Assembly (NCBI RefSeq): GCF_009834535.1
Contig: NC_045707.1
Location: forward strand, 59,956,001-60,020,000
Length of the DNA: 64,000 nucleotides
DNA from: Camelus ferus
Lineage: Eukaryota
Reading direction: 5' to 3'
Positions 49,816-63,418 of this stretch are shown one piece after another. The stretch's first letter is position 1. The number at the start of each line of letters is the position of its first letter. A model generated the notes under the pieces. It was given only the letters and a program-made list of their open reading frames with translations, searched no databases and was not told where the DNA came from. The position numbers and the translations under genes were made by a program.

Positions 49816-52800
49816 AAATGGGTGCATGATTTCAACGGATGGTAAGAATATGGAAACATTTTCAGACATTTTTAAAAAAGCTGTAATTAAAGAAACTGCA
49901 TGGTAACCATAGGATTAAGATGAAGGTCCAGATAGAGCTATAGAGCACAGCAAGTTTTAGCAAGAGTTAACAGGGCAGAGATGCCACAGTGGCAAAATGG
50001 AGTGAGAGATGTAGCTTCAAGTCATGGCAAGGCAGTCCAGTTGCAGTATCTGCACACCACCTTCCCTCTTGGATATTCATAACATAAGGGAACTCTAAGA
50101 AGCACTAGCTTTCCAGGTAATACAGATTATGCAAAAAGCATCTTCAAATTTCCGTAAATTCCTTTATCGTCTATTTCTTTAACATCTCATTTAAATATCT
50201 GTTAAAGAAACCACAGATATCTGAGATTCTGTCTGCTCTTACCCCATGCTCCTCCTAACCACTTACAGCCCATATAACTTTCCTGCCAGCCTCGTGCATT
50301 TCCTTAATTTTCAGAGTTCACAAACATAAAATGAGATGAAAGAAAATCTTTATTGCCCCCGAAACAGTCAATATAGGCTTACGTCATGAAACTCCTTTGT
50401 GGTATTTATTCTTAGAATAAAGCTACATATCATAATTCTGAATCATTTAGAAACCCAGCCAAGCATAGGCATCTACAAATTTCTGAGTAAAGCTTTTGGG
50501 AAGACACATGACAAAATGAATGAAGGGCTAAGAATGAAGATTCTTTACAGTTTCCAAATCAAAGCTTTCATTTAGAGTGGTCTTCTTCCATATGGGACCA
50601 CCTGGCTACTTAGAGCAAAATCCTATCACCATGACTACGGAGCTCAAACTTTCCATAATGTCTTTGGGATTCTTATGATATATCCCTTCCTCCAGCCTAC
50701 TGGAACCAGAAGGAGACTTCAAGATTTCTGACAACACAGCTCATGATCTGCCTTAGAATCACAGATTTCAGTGAGTCAAAAAATAAGTCAGAGCCAACAG
50801 GATAAACAAAGGGTTCATTCATTCATTTATCTGCCAGGTATCATGCACTGAATCCAACGAAGGGGCTAGATCTGTTTCTGCAGGAAGCCTTTATCAATGC
50901 ATGTGATTTTTTATCCACAGACATATAAACTGGTGCTGATTAATAGTAGCAAGAGTGTTCCTCATCCCCCAAAGCAGGCAACTGCCCGAATTTAAAAAAA
51001 AAAAAAAAAGGTTAAATGGTGCTGTACCGCTGTACCACATTTATTTATTTATTTTCTTCTTCTCCTTCATGTGCATTTTCCAGTTTGCAGGTTTTCTCAC
51101 TCACTCTCCCTTTTAAAACATTCAGGCATTTGGTCTTCAGAATGTTTCAGCTCATTAACAAAGAATTTCAGAAGTCCCAAGAGAAGAATTAATGGGATAG
51201 GATCCCTAACTATCTCATATACATTTTTAATTTGACATTCAGTGAACAGTAAAATTATTATAGCCCTACCAGTTGTGACATGCAATACCCATGTAAGCTT
51301 AACCAAGAAAAACATATCAAAGTCAGTTCACTGGGTAAATTATGGTATTTAGTCATCAGAGAAGGCCCCACATCAAAGCAAAATTAATTCCATTAACATG
51401 GGCTTTTCAAAGTGAAATTAGAAATAAGGCTTAAATAACAGCTTGAAGCCAAGGCAAGAGAATTGCCACAAGTAAATAATGTGAATGACACATATTCTTA
51501 TCCAAATGCCAAACACATCTGAGAACATTTAGAATGATAGTAATAAAAAAGAAAAGGGGAAAAAAAAGACATTTCTCTAATGAACTGTGCATCAACACCC
51601 ATAGAAAGCCCTCTTTCTAGGTCTCTTCCATATTTGTCTACAGCCAGTCTGTGTTTACGGTGTTAAAATGGTCAAATATCTGTAAGCCTTCTCTTTTTTT
51701 AATCCTCCAAATGGAAAAAGTAGCTCCTCCAAGGAATGCTATTCCTAAGAAGGCCAGAAGGTGTGCTGTGGGGCTCTCCTCCTATCACACCACTCAGCTG
51801 CTCTATGGTATGGGCCAATGACGTCTATGATTCATATTAGTGAGGAGAACTAACAACTGTACGTTCTTTAGTTGTTTGCTCATTCGTGGAAAAAAGGGCT
51901 GGCCAGAAGAGTGTGGAAGCTATGAAGGCAGCCCTGGTAAAAGACCTGTGCTTTTCTTGGTTCGTGTATTTGCTTCTCAGTGCTAACCAATAAAATAACT
52001 TTTTCATGAGGAGAATAGGGCTCTGGTGACAACATTTTTCAAGAAAGCATCTTGAACACTGCTCTAAACAATTTCAGATAAACAGTTTAATATGATCTCC
52101 AACCTACACATTGCCTAGACCCAGATCTTATATTCAAAATGGCTATTTTGTTACAGAAAGTAAATGGATATAAGTCATGCTGCATCCTAGGATTCATTTT
52201 CCAAAAAATGTTCAAATTTATTGTGACAAAATAATCAGCTGAAATAGTAAATTATCTTCTTTCCTTATAATTTCTTCTTTTGGAGATTTGGTCTGGCCCA
52301 TTGAGAGTAATTTTGAGAAGAACTGAGAGGGGAAAGGAAGATTTCCTGAGACTAGGAAAGGCACAGAGGTCTGGGGACTGGCATCGTGCTCTGTATTAGA
52401 GAGGTGGTTGGGCCAAGGAGGGGAACTGCTGTGTAAGACACAAAGGGAGAGGAGATCCCAGCTTCCAAGGCTCCTGGATTCTCAACTTTGCTTAAGATTT
52501 CTGATGCCTAATTCTATCATGGGATGAATGGAGTGAGGACCTGAAGGAAACAACTGGTCTAGAAATAAGGCTGTACCTCATAGTCACCACCACTCCACAG
52601 ATGACCAACAACAGTAGGGTCCACATCATTGTCTTACTGGGTTGCATAATCCTGGGACATCTGCACAAGTAGGGAAGAAGAGCATATAAAATTTTTAAAT
52701 GAGCTTGGACTACCCATAACACCACCAGATTCTGCAAAATGGAATTCTGTTAGTGACAGAATATGAAGGAATGCAATTTTCAGTATACTTAAGTTTATGG

Positions 52801-53534
52801 GGGGTGATTCAGACTAGCCACCAACTTTAATATTTTCTAAGTCTGTAAAATCAAAGACTTGTTCTGCTAAGCCCTCTCACCATCCTAGCTCCACAGAAGA
52901 CTAGGGCATTCGATGATTTTGTGGGTCAATGAACGGTACATTTTTCATTTCACAGTCTCATTCATATGAAGTCACCACTCTACAGCATTACCACTCACAT
53001 GTGACACAAATGCGGCAACTGTCTCAACAATGAGATCTGAGGGATTTTTAACAGAATCTATTAGCTTTGGTTTGGCTATATGTGAAGATCACAGGTACAT
53101 TCTTCCTAAAGCCCTTGACTGAACCAAATTTGACAGTTATAACAACTAAAAAGAAGCTTCTAGTCAATGAGACAACACTACTACCAGTGTCAAAAAAAGA
53201 ACATCTTGTATAAATAATTGATATATGTAAACAGAAAAGTTTTGCCAGTAGACAAGAGAATATCAGAAACATTTGCTTTGTAATATACCCTGAACAATAG
53301 CAATCATCACTGGCATGGTCCACAAAAGCTTAAGAATATGGAATGCAAAGTCTGGGTAGGAAAAAGAGCCACCTTCAAAGACTCTGTCATTCAATGTAAG
53401 TCAGAATGGAATTCCAAAACTATCATAGCAGATCAGATGGCCAAGCATCGAGTATTCTTAATTATTCATAGAAAAGCAAAGGTCAGAACCTGTGTCACGA
53501 TCCAGAGAAAAGCACCTCTGGACCTGAAATACAT

Positions 53535-53790
53535 AGTTAGCTGTGAAGACTTAAGAATCAGATTGCCTGCGTTTTAATCCTAGCTTTGCCACTTACCAGC
53601 CATGTGAGCTGTGCCAAGGAGCAGGAACCTTTCCGTACCTCAGTTTCCACATCTATAAATTGGGGATAATAATAGTGTCTAAATTTTCAGAATACTTTGA
53701 AGTTGACATGAGAAAATGTAGGGAAATCACTGTGCTAAGACACAGGTCCTGGCACATTGCCCTCAAAACATGTTAGAGAGTGTTTCTGTT
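53535..53790 (+). mobile_element. MIR SINE
   Basis: agaatcagattgcctgcgttttaatcctagctttgccacttaccagccatgtga...cctcagtttccacatctataaattggggataataatagt. Confidence 0.85.
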
Positions 53791-53861
53791 ATTGCTATTT
53801 CTATTCATAAATAGCCGTAAATGAAAATCACCAAGTGGCTCTGTGTTCTGACTGCCAACAA

Positions 53862-54210
53862 TTCATTTCATAAATTTTTTTCAAAGCACCTACTATCTAT
53901 ATAGGGAATGCAGTGTCAAATACAAAGGTGCGCTCCCTCCTTTTGCTGGGTCTTTCATTCTACAGGCAGGATGGAGACAGACAATAGAGACGCAGACTGA
54001 CAGTGTTCCGCTAAAACAGGTGAAGTGACAAGAAATGCTGCTGGAGTTTGTGGCCTGGGAGGGAGTCTCTGAAAAGCAAATATTTGGGCTGATTTCTAGA
54101 CAACAGAAAAGCACCTGTCTAGAGAAGATCTGGGTCAAGAGCTTCCGGGGAAAAAGAGTAAGTTCAGAGGCCCGAAGGCAGAAAGGAGCCTCAGGGACCT
54201 TGCGAATAGA
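53862..54210 (-). mobile_element. L2 fragment
   Basis: attcatttcataaattttttcaaagcacctactat...cattctacaggcaggatggagacagacaat...gggagtctctgaaaagcaaatatttgggctg. Confidence 0.65.
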
Positions 54211-54665
54211 TTCTCTGCAGAATGATCATAACAGAAGAGTACGTATCAGTAGAAACTGTTTTGTTAACATGCAGCGTGAATCCGTAGGGAGCAGTCTCTG
54301 TATATGGAGCCAGAAGTCTCAGTCAAGAACCTACATCAATTAGCATGAACATTCTTTACCGCTGTAGAGTGTACAGAACGGGCCAGAGTATTTATTCCAT
54401 TTCAAACCTTAGCAACCATCTCACCTAGCCAATAGTTGGTATATTGTTTCTTCTCATCATGGGTATGAACCAACTGTATTTAAGTTTAGAAAATCTGTGA
54501 ACTGGGACTGTATCCAAGCAAACAATGGGGTAGAACTAGTCAGTTCTCCTCAAAGTTGATTGTTAGAGATGGTTGTCAAGAAGACATCTGAGGTCAACAG
54601 CAGAAGTCAATCTTCTGAAATTATTTGTAGGATCGTTTTCTATGCAGACTTTGTTTTTAAAAAAT

Positions 54666-55385
54666 CACTCTCTTACACTGTTGGTGGGAATGTAGTTTGG
54701 TGCAGCTGTTATGGAACAGTATGGAAATTCCTCAAAAGACTAAAAATAGACTTAACATATGGTCCAGCAATTCCATTTCTGGGCATATATCCAGGGAGAA
54801 CCTTAATTCAAAAAGACACATGAACCCCAATGTTCATAGCAGCACTATTTACAATAGCCAAGACATGGAAACAACCTATATGTCCATTGAAAGATGACTG
54901 GATAAAGAAGCTGTGGTATATTTATACAATGGACTACTACTCAGCCATAAAAAAGAATGCCATCTGCAGCAACGTGGATGGACCTGGAGATTGTAATTCT
55001 AAGTGAATTAAGCCAGAAAGAGAAAGAAAAATACCACATGATATCACTTATATGTGGAATCTAAAAAAAAAAAAAATTTACAAAACAGAAACAGACTCAT
55101 ATAGACAATAATCTTATGGTTACCAACAGGGACGTGAGTGGATGGAGGGAAAAATTGGGAGTTCGAGATTTGCAGATAATAATTACTAAATATAAAATAG
55201 ATAAACAAGTTCATACTGTATAACACAGGGAACTACATCCAATATTTTATAGTAATTTATGGTGAAAAAAGACTATGAAAATGAATATATGTATGTTCAT
55301 GTATGACTGATGTATTATTCTGTAAACCAGAAACTAATACAATATTGTAAACTGATTATACTTCAATAAATATATATTTAAAAAA
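54666..55385 (+). mobile_element. Lineage-specific (camelid-type) L1, 5'-truncated: ORF2 C-terminus + 3' UTR
   Basis: SYTVGGNVVWCS.YGT.WKFLKRLKIDL.Y.PAIP.LGIYP (ORF2 C-terminal region); aatgttcatagcagcactatttacaatagccaagacatggaaacaacc; ends cttcAATAAA + A-rich tail. Confidence 0.93.
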
Positions 55386-57140
55386 TTGTAATGAAAGCAA
55401 GACTAATAAATATATATATTTTTTACTCTACCTGCCCTCTACCTGTTTTTAACCATATAGATTAGTCCATACTCAAGACTATGGATCTGAACTCCAGGGG
55501 GTCTCCATCTTTAAGGAGTCACATGAGCCACTGATAAATGATGAAACTTTCTTCCCAGAGTGACTGCCAAGAGGTAGACCATTACATGCATCACCATAAA
55601 AGTCATTAGGCATTTTGTCTTTAAAGTTGCATCTCACCAGAGTCTCAAAGGAAGAAAGTAATATACTTTTTGGCCAATTACAACGTGGCATCAACTGGGA
55701 ATCCTTACACACAAGTCATGTAACACAGAAAGTCACAATAGTGCACTATATTGCTTCTAAAAGAGAGAAACTGGGCATTAGATATGCTAGAAGAAAACTT
55801 TCTTTAATATCAATGTTTTTCTTTGTCTTTTCCCCTTCCTATACTTATTTAGTTAAGGAATCTTTAAGGAGAACTAGGTAGATTCATTTTGCCTAAGATT
55901 GGAACTGAGAAAACGGCAGAAATAGTAGCCCTTTGTCTAAGATTCTTAACCACCTTGGCAGTTCGTTTTGTTCTGGTTATTTTACTGTCTCTCCCTATAT
56001 TCTTTCTACCATAGCTTTCCCAATGTAAGATGGTGACAGTCCCACTTACCACACCCTATTGCCATTTTTAATAGAGAGGTTCAACCTGCTGTATGCAGTC
56101 ACATTTCTAATATTTCATCCCTTCGTCTGACTTTTCTCTTACTATCAGCAATCTCAATATTAGAACAGTTCTGAGGGTCCAAAATCAGCATGGGGTGCAT
56201 ACATTAACAGTTATTACATAAGAGATTAAACTAAAGAGCAGCTTTAGCATTGAAAATATGCTACTAAACAATAAGCCAAATAGAGTTAAAGTGAATGTTA
56301 GGGAGCCTATGTTTTTTTTGCAAACAAGCCTGGGGGGAAAACGTAGACATAAGAAATAATTAATTATTGGATGCCTTCTGATTAAATGGTGTTCTGTTTC
56401 AAATTACCCCAACTGCATACAAAGATACATGTTACTGTGTAATTGTAAAGAACCAGATGAAACATTGATTTTACTATGATTGCTGCATGTTTGTACACCA
56501 AGCCAATAAAATTACATCTTCCAGGGTACATTTCAAGGCCTTGAAATACTAGATACTGTTATTGGGACAAGAGTCATAAAATGAAGATTTTTACAAATAG
56601 AAAGTATCATTTCCTCTCCTAATTTAACAACTAAAATAGAGAAAGTGAACAGCAGTAGAGTATTAAAAGCATATTTTGACTGAACTCTTCCAAATATGAA
56701 AGTGAACTTACAAAATCACCTCCTGGTCAAATATACTTTTGATGCAAAAGTGTTCTATTGGGTCTCAGCTTTGAATAAACATTAACACAGGTGACTTTTA
56801 GGTACATCCCCATCTGACAGCAGTCACATCTTGAGCCAACTAGAATCACTGTCAAAATCCCTCAAGATGCCCAAATTCCCAGGAATCTAGGTGTTGAGAA
56901 GGATACTCTTTGCCCTAAATAAGCTAAAAAAAAAAAAAAAGCTATGTTCCTATCTGCAAGAATAAAATGATTTCAGATTCAAAACAATACATACACACAC
57001 ACACACACACATCCATACAGACTAATGATATTATCTCAAATAATATCAAATATCAAAACCAAATTAGACATGGTCACTCTCCTAAGAAGACTATATTTAC
57101 TGGGAAAATATATTTATCATATGAATTATTATATCAGACT

Positions 57141-57260
57141 ATTATGAAGATTAATTTTAAGTGTCAACTTGACTGGGCCATAGGATATCCAGCTATTTGG
57201 TCAAGCATTGTGCTGGGGGTATCTGTGAAGGTGTTCTCAGGTGAGATTAACATTTAAATG
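57141..57260 (+). mobile_element. MLT2 (ERVL) LTR 5' fragment
   Basis: ttaattttaagtgtcaacttgactgggcca...tttggtcaagcattgtgctgggggtatctgtgaaggtgttctcaggtgagattaacatttaaat. Confidence 0.85.
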
Positions 57261-57518
57261 AAAGACCTTAATAGTATTTTTTCTCAGTTTCCTCACCTAC
57301 AAAATGGAGAAAACAGTAGTACCTGCAGGATAGGGTTAGGAGTGAGAAGTAAAAGGATTAGGATCTGATACCACTCCAGCAGGACCTGACACATACTTGC
57401 GCTCTGTGTTTGCTCTTATAATCAGCACCATCCCTGGCTGCAGTATGTTGACCAGCATCTCACAGCTATCATACGGTAAAACTGAATTTTGAACCCAACT
57501 CAAAAAGGTCCCGTTCCT

Positions 57519-57707
57519 GATAAACAACAGGTTTCTTCTGTACAGCACAGGAAAATATATTCAATATATTGTAGTAACCTATAATGAAAAAGAATATGAA
57601 AATGAATTTATCTATGTATACGTATGACTGAAACACTATGCTGAACACCAGAAATGGACACAACACTGCAAACTGACTATACTTTAAGTAAAAAAAAATG
57701 TTTTAAA
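57519..57707 (+). mobile_element. Camelid-type L1 3' end
   Basis: gataaacaacaggtttcttctgtacagcacaggaaaatatattcaatat...gtatgactgaaacactatgctgaacaccagaaatggacacaacactgcaaactgactatact; homologous to 55200-55385. Confidence 0.88.
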
Positions 57708-60319
57708 GATATGTAGAAATCCAACAAAATAAAATAAAATAGATCATATAAATGCAAAATCCAAAACTATAAAACTTATATAGGAGAAAAATCTTTGAGG
57801 GGGGAGGGGGGATAGGCCCCACTCCTAGTGGCTCTTCTCCAGCACTATTTCTTATAAACAAGGTGGCCATGCTGTAGGAAGAGGTCATGAAATGATCTAT
57901 TTCCAGACCCTTCCTGCAACTGACAGGAGAATGATGGACCATGATTAATTAAGCGGATGTTAAAAAAAAAAAAAAAGAAAAAAAAAGGAAGAGCTCATCT
58001 CGAAGGTGCACAAGACCTAGATGACTTAAGGCTTGATGGACCACAATCAGCCTCCTGAAGCCGAGGGAGCGGGGAGCCTTGGTATGATGCACTCCCTGCG
58101 GCATGCTCACTTGGCACTTTACAGCATCAGAGCTTGTTCTGTCTGCTTGGTTTAGAGGTCAACACAGCTGTGCACGGGGCTGCTAAGTACACGTAAAACA
58201 CGAAAATACAGCAGTAGAGAAAAAAATAGTAAATCAAAGAAAAACAGCACTGCCTTTCTTTCTGAATCCCCAAGTTCCAGACAAGGTCCAGAAAGACCTC
58301 ACTGACCAAACTCTGCCCTTACATGTTTCATGCTGATCAACAAGTCCCTTTAAGACAATCTTAGCTACACACTGTCTGTTGAAACAGCTCCTCAACGTGG
58401 TCATTAAACACAGCTGAATAAAGAGCTGCTTGGGAACCACGGACAGAAAAGTCACAGTACTTGGACTTCAACTTGAGCCCCTTTCCAGGAGGTTTTTGTG
58501 CAGGTAATACAAAAGAGTATGGCTCAAAGGGAAGTGGAGTCCATCACGCGAGCCTTTAATCCTGATACCAGTGAATCCTCAACACGATCACCCAGCAGGC
58601 AATACGGCAGTTTTAGGATCTAGGTTCACGGCTCTCCAAAAGCAAGGGGGAGAGAACCTAAGGCCCGCACCCAACTCCTGCGCCTCTCGCCCCCAGAGCA
58701 GAAGTTCCGTGACGGGCTGGTATTAACAACAGCACGTGTCCCCAAGAGGCGGGGGTATTAACATAATCTCGTAACCCATATCCAAGTTTCCACACATCTA
58801 ACTCTAAGCATCAACATTTCACATGTACTTTTGATGATATTCAAGAAGAGCACTTGGTAAGACTCAAAGGTAAACTACAAATCACTACAAATATTTTCAG
58901 TCTTCAGTGATTGCAAAAGTGTAGGTGTGGGAGTTGTGTTTGGTTCCACTATGGCTGAAGACTAGTGCTGCTACTGCTCAGTGTTTAGAATGGAAATGCC
59001 CTACTTAAGCTGCTACTGGCCTAGTTGTCTTATACGTGGAATATGCAGGTTATTAAATTGCCTTGAGCCTAACGGAGCTGTAATGCATCTGATAATCCCT
59101 CAGGTTTACAAGCAATAAGAATGACACTCAGCCACTTCTGTTCCTTAGCTTGGGGAATCCAAAACCCTCTTCTTCAAGTGAACTAAGAATATGGAGAATA
59201 AAAAGTGACTAAAAATAATGCCAAAGACTTGGTGGGTGTCAAACTGACACGGTCAATTGTTTTCATGTAAGAATTAAGGATCTCTTCTTGGTGAAACAGA
59301 GTTAGTATCTGACCTCTGGAGCACGAGTCTCTTGAGAAATAACTGCTAAAAGCTTATACAGCTAACAAGGAAGACGCACCACGTACATCCTGCTAGAAAA
59401 AAGCCGTAGATTAACTAGAACCTCAAAGTCAAATATGAAGCAGCTGGAGCTTATTAATGCCTAAACTGGGATCTATTTAAACCTACAATTAAATCAAAGG
59501 AGAGTTCAGTGAGAAATTGGTAGATTTCATGAAGAAATATCTCTGCAGTTCTCAGGGTTTCCAAGACATAAAACAGCTTTGACAATGTCATGGTGCCCGT
59601 TTGGAGGCCGGGCCCCTGTTTACACCATCCTTCCCTACTGTTCCTCCCGCTGTCAAAGTGAGTTTACCCACAGGCAGGACGTGGCCATATGAGGCAATCT
59701 GTGAAAACAAGTGTAATGAAACTAACAACAATGTTCAATGTTAATAAAACCAGATTAAACGCAGTGAAAATGGTGTTGTTTCAAGCTGACCGTGGATCTA
59801 GGTGAAACTTATTGGAATAGAAATATAATGAGTCCTTCAATTCCATTTCCAAGGCACACGGGAAGACGTTTCTCAGTCCTCTAGCAATCTATACGGGGCT
59901 ATTGGACTGAATTCCAGCCAAGATAACAGCGGTAGAAAGGAATTCTACCACTGCTAGAATGAGGCCCCTAAATCTGCCAGTTTGATCCTACATACTCTCT
60001 CCACTCACTGCCCAGATGGATGGGGGCTGGAATTCCAGTCAGAATCCCAAGGATGCTCTAGGGCACAGACAGAACCACAAGGAAGATTCTGGCTCCTTGA
60101 GTCACCACTTGGGGGAAAACAGCCCAGGTGAGCCTCTTGACTTGCAATCACCTGAAATAACATAGCTGTTAATGTTCCAGCTGATTTTAAGATCCCCAAA
60201 CTCTCTCAGAACATAGGGAGAGCGTGATGTTACATATCTGAAAATGAAAGCTAGTGTTCATTGAGGACTAAACATGGGCCCGGCACTTCCCATCAGTTGC
60301 GCATCCAGGTCTCAAAAGG

Positions 60320-60650
60320 ATGGAGGAGCTTCACTAACCCACCAGGAAGCTGAAGCTAGAGGAGACTCAGTAGCTCCCCCAGGGTCACACAGCAAGAGGA
60401 GGCAGAGCTTGGCTGAAGCTAGCAGTCTCTCTCCAGAGCTCAGAGAACAAAACTTCACGGAGTCACCTCTCAGTACCTCCCAGGCACCATGCTGGGTAAC
60501 TGGGACACAGAGAGTGACTAGAGTTCCTGACTCTGAGCAGCTGACAGCCAAATGGGGACATGATTGAAAGTTGACACTGAGTGCTTCCATGACCCCAATA
60601 AATACCCTAATAATGAGCCCCCTTAATGAAACATATAAAAGCACAAATGA
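60320..60650 (-). mobile_element. MIR core followed by L2 3' fragment
   Basis: caggaagctgaagctagaggagactcagtagctcccccagggtcacacagcaag; caggcaccatgctgggtaactgggacacagag. Confidence 0.6.
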
Positions 60651-61164
60651 AATAAAAAGACTTTCCAGGGAAATTTGGAAAGACTGTCCCTGTTCTTCAC
60701 TTGACTGAACATCTCCAGCTCACAGGCATCACCTCAGGGCCCCCTCCACCCTGAACCCCTGGAGGACCTGGCTGAAGAACAGAACCAACTGACGTGCATT
60801 TCCTGTGCCCTGGCTCTTCGAAGAACTTCTCTAGTAAGCTTTCTCAGCAGCCTGGGTTTTAATGACAAATTCAGTCAGCTCTTGATGAATTGTTGTCTGC
60901 GTATTGGGTGGACTGCTGTTGATTTCAAGGAAGCAAATGCCACATTCCTTAGCCGCAAGGTGTGTTTTCCCACGTGCTATCAAGTTCCTTGGGTCTACCT
61001 TACTTGTGGCTTCCTTTGCTAATTACATCATCCTGTGTCCGACTACTAGATTTCCTTTCCTGGTCCATCAAGATACAGCCAGTGACAGTGAGGGATGACT
61101 GCCCAAGGGCTTGACACTAACATCCTTTCTAAACTCTTAATTTTAAATACACTAAAAATTTTGT

Positions 61165-61645
61165 TCTATTTATAAATATTTAATGAATCTCACTACTTTC
61201 CAGAGAGTGTGCTAGAAGGTTCAGGAATAAAAAAGTAAGTAAAAACAAATGCATTCCAGCCATTAGACAGCATATAGTTTAGTAATGAATACACACTCAT
61301 GAAACAACTCTATGTCAACTAAAATTATGACAAGTGCTACAAAGCAGCATATAACATCTCAGAAGTATAAGATATAGTATAATGGGATAATAAGGACAGG
61401 AGAGGAAGAGGTAAGTGAAAATTAATTAGGCTGAGACTGGTGGGAAACACACTTATATTGAGGGCCAGGCTTGTACAAAGACTATGTGGCAAGAGCGAGC
61501 ATGGTAATCACAAGGGAATTGAAGAATATGGAGAGTAGGGGGTAGGCTAGGAGGAGATACAGCTGTAAGGCGGGCAAAGGCCAGATCACATCCGGGGTCA
61601 TGGAGTCCTGTTAAGGATGAGAAGCCACCGAAGGTTTTAAGCAAC
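61165..61645 (-). mobile_element. L2 fragment
   Basis: aaatatttaatgaatctcactactttccagagagtgtgctag...tgtacaaagactatgtggcaagagcgagcatgg...ggccagatcacatccggggtc. Confidence 0.7.
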
Positions 61646-62313
61646 CCTACAACTGCTTCTAGAAATACCACCACTAGATCCTGCAGCACTCAGAAAACTG
61701 CAGAAATCTATATAAGATGCTATCCTCATCACTTAGGCAAGCTTCCCAGAGGCACAACTGACTTGTTATTTATGCACACCCTGTGGGCAGTTTTCCTTAC
61801 AACAGGAGCCATCTAATTAGAAAAGGTGGTGTGAAATGGATCTCTGACTTCAGCTGAAGTGATGGATGACACCGCCTAGGCCCTGGAAGGCACTCAGGTC
61901 AGCCTCAGCTCACTGGCCAAGGCGATTATGGATGAGGGAAATGCACTGAACTTGCTCATTTCGGGCCAAGACAGAGCATACACAGTCATCAACATATCCT
62001 GCTGTCCCTCGACGAATGCCTTAAGCCAAGTAGAAAGGTCAACACAGAAACTTAAGGAAAAAGCCCTGATGTTTTATGGGATTTGTTCAGTTAGCTAGTT
62101 TGAGATCCTGGACTGCATGGCTGGGGCCCTGGAGTATGAGTGTGCTGCTTGGAATCCTGTTGATAGTAGTCTTAATTAAATATTGTATGAGACAAATTAA
62201 ACAGATTCGATACAGCTTCCGTCGGCCAGATTAATTAGAATGGCCAATGGAGTGGCATACTCATGGGAAGATTTTCCAGAAACCAAAACAGAGCAGAAAT
62301 GAGGAAAGGGTAT

Positions 62314-62831
62314 TGCTGCAGACAACTTTCTGTGGGGCCCTCCCATTTATCTGTATCTGACAAGCAGAGGCACAAACAGCCTTTGTTCTGGACTATCTTT
62401 TCAAGGATGTCTGTGGAAGAAATAGCTTTGAAAGACAGAAATGTTTTTTTCTCTCTCTGAAGCAAAGAGCAGGTTTATTTACTGTCCAGTATAATCAAGT
62501 TAATGACTGTCCAAGGCAAAGGTCAGGCAGGTTTGCTTAGAGGACACTGTAAAACAGTTCAGCTTCCCTAATCTTATTTGCTTGCTCCTTTTCTGTAACA
62601 CGACCCGCTGCACATGCCAGCATCACCAGGCCCTCTCTGCTTCGCCCATGGGAACAGGGGCTGAGGGAACCAGCGTGAACGATAACACTCCAGCTACTGC
62701 TCTTGCTGTGAGCAGTAAAATCTTCTGTATCTGAAAATCCGAAACCTTGTGTCTGCCAGCAAACATGAACTGTAGCAGGCCAACATTAACTTACAAGTAG
62801 AATGACATCTCAGACTCCTCATTTCTCAACA
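62314..62831 (+). mobile_element. ERVL solo LTR (LTR40-like)
   Basis: TG...CA ends; caagcagaggcacaaacagcctttgttctggactatcttttcaaggatgt...gcaaaggtcaggcagg...gctactgctcttgctgtgagcagtaaa...atctcagactcctcatttctcaaca. Confidence 0.8.
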
Positions 62832-63186
62832 CTCATAACCTCAGAGGTAGACGTTTTTCAGATGAGGCTGTGCCAAGTAAAGTGTGGTGTCTTCAATCAT
62901 TCATTTAGTTTTTGTGATCAGTCAAATTATATCTAATTGGTATGAGTCCAGCCATGATGTATGGGGAATCTATGCCCCTGGGATGGAGCTCAAATATTCT
63001 TGCCCCCTACACACTCATTTTAAAGCGTGCTAAACTTATTTATTCAAAAACAAATGTTTTTTTACTGATGAGCACTAATCCTGTTATAAGCCAACTAGTA
63101 CATGAGATTTCTTTAGCCACAGTGGTTGGCATGTGGTCTAAGGTGATTCAAATAAAGTAAATTCCAAAGCTCCAGTTCTAGGGTTT

Positions 63187-63418
63187 ATAAAAAGTATAAA
63201 AAACAAGGGCCTCCTCTAGAGCACAGGGAACTATATTCAATATTTTGAAATGAGCTATAATGGAGAAGAATCTGAATGAATATACATATATATGTATGTG
63301 TGTGTATATATATATGTATGTATATATATATATGCGTATACCTGAATCACTTTGCTGTACACCTGAAACTAATATTGTAAACCAACTACACGTCAATAAA
63401 AAATAAGAATTAAAAAAA
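63187..63418 (+). mobile_element. Cetartiodactyl-type L1 3' end with (TA/TG)n expansion
   Basis: aacaagggcctcctctagagcacagggaactatattcaata...ctgaatcactttgctgtacacctgaaactaatattgtaaaccaactacacgtcAATAAAaaa. Confidence 0.88.

Noticed and set aside
55365..55417. aataaatatatat repeated after the L1 tail (possible 3' transduction)
   Set aside because: Low-complexity AT sequence; no second poly(A) tail and no clear TSD.
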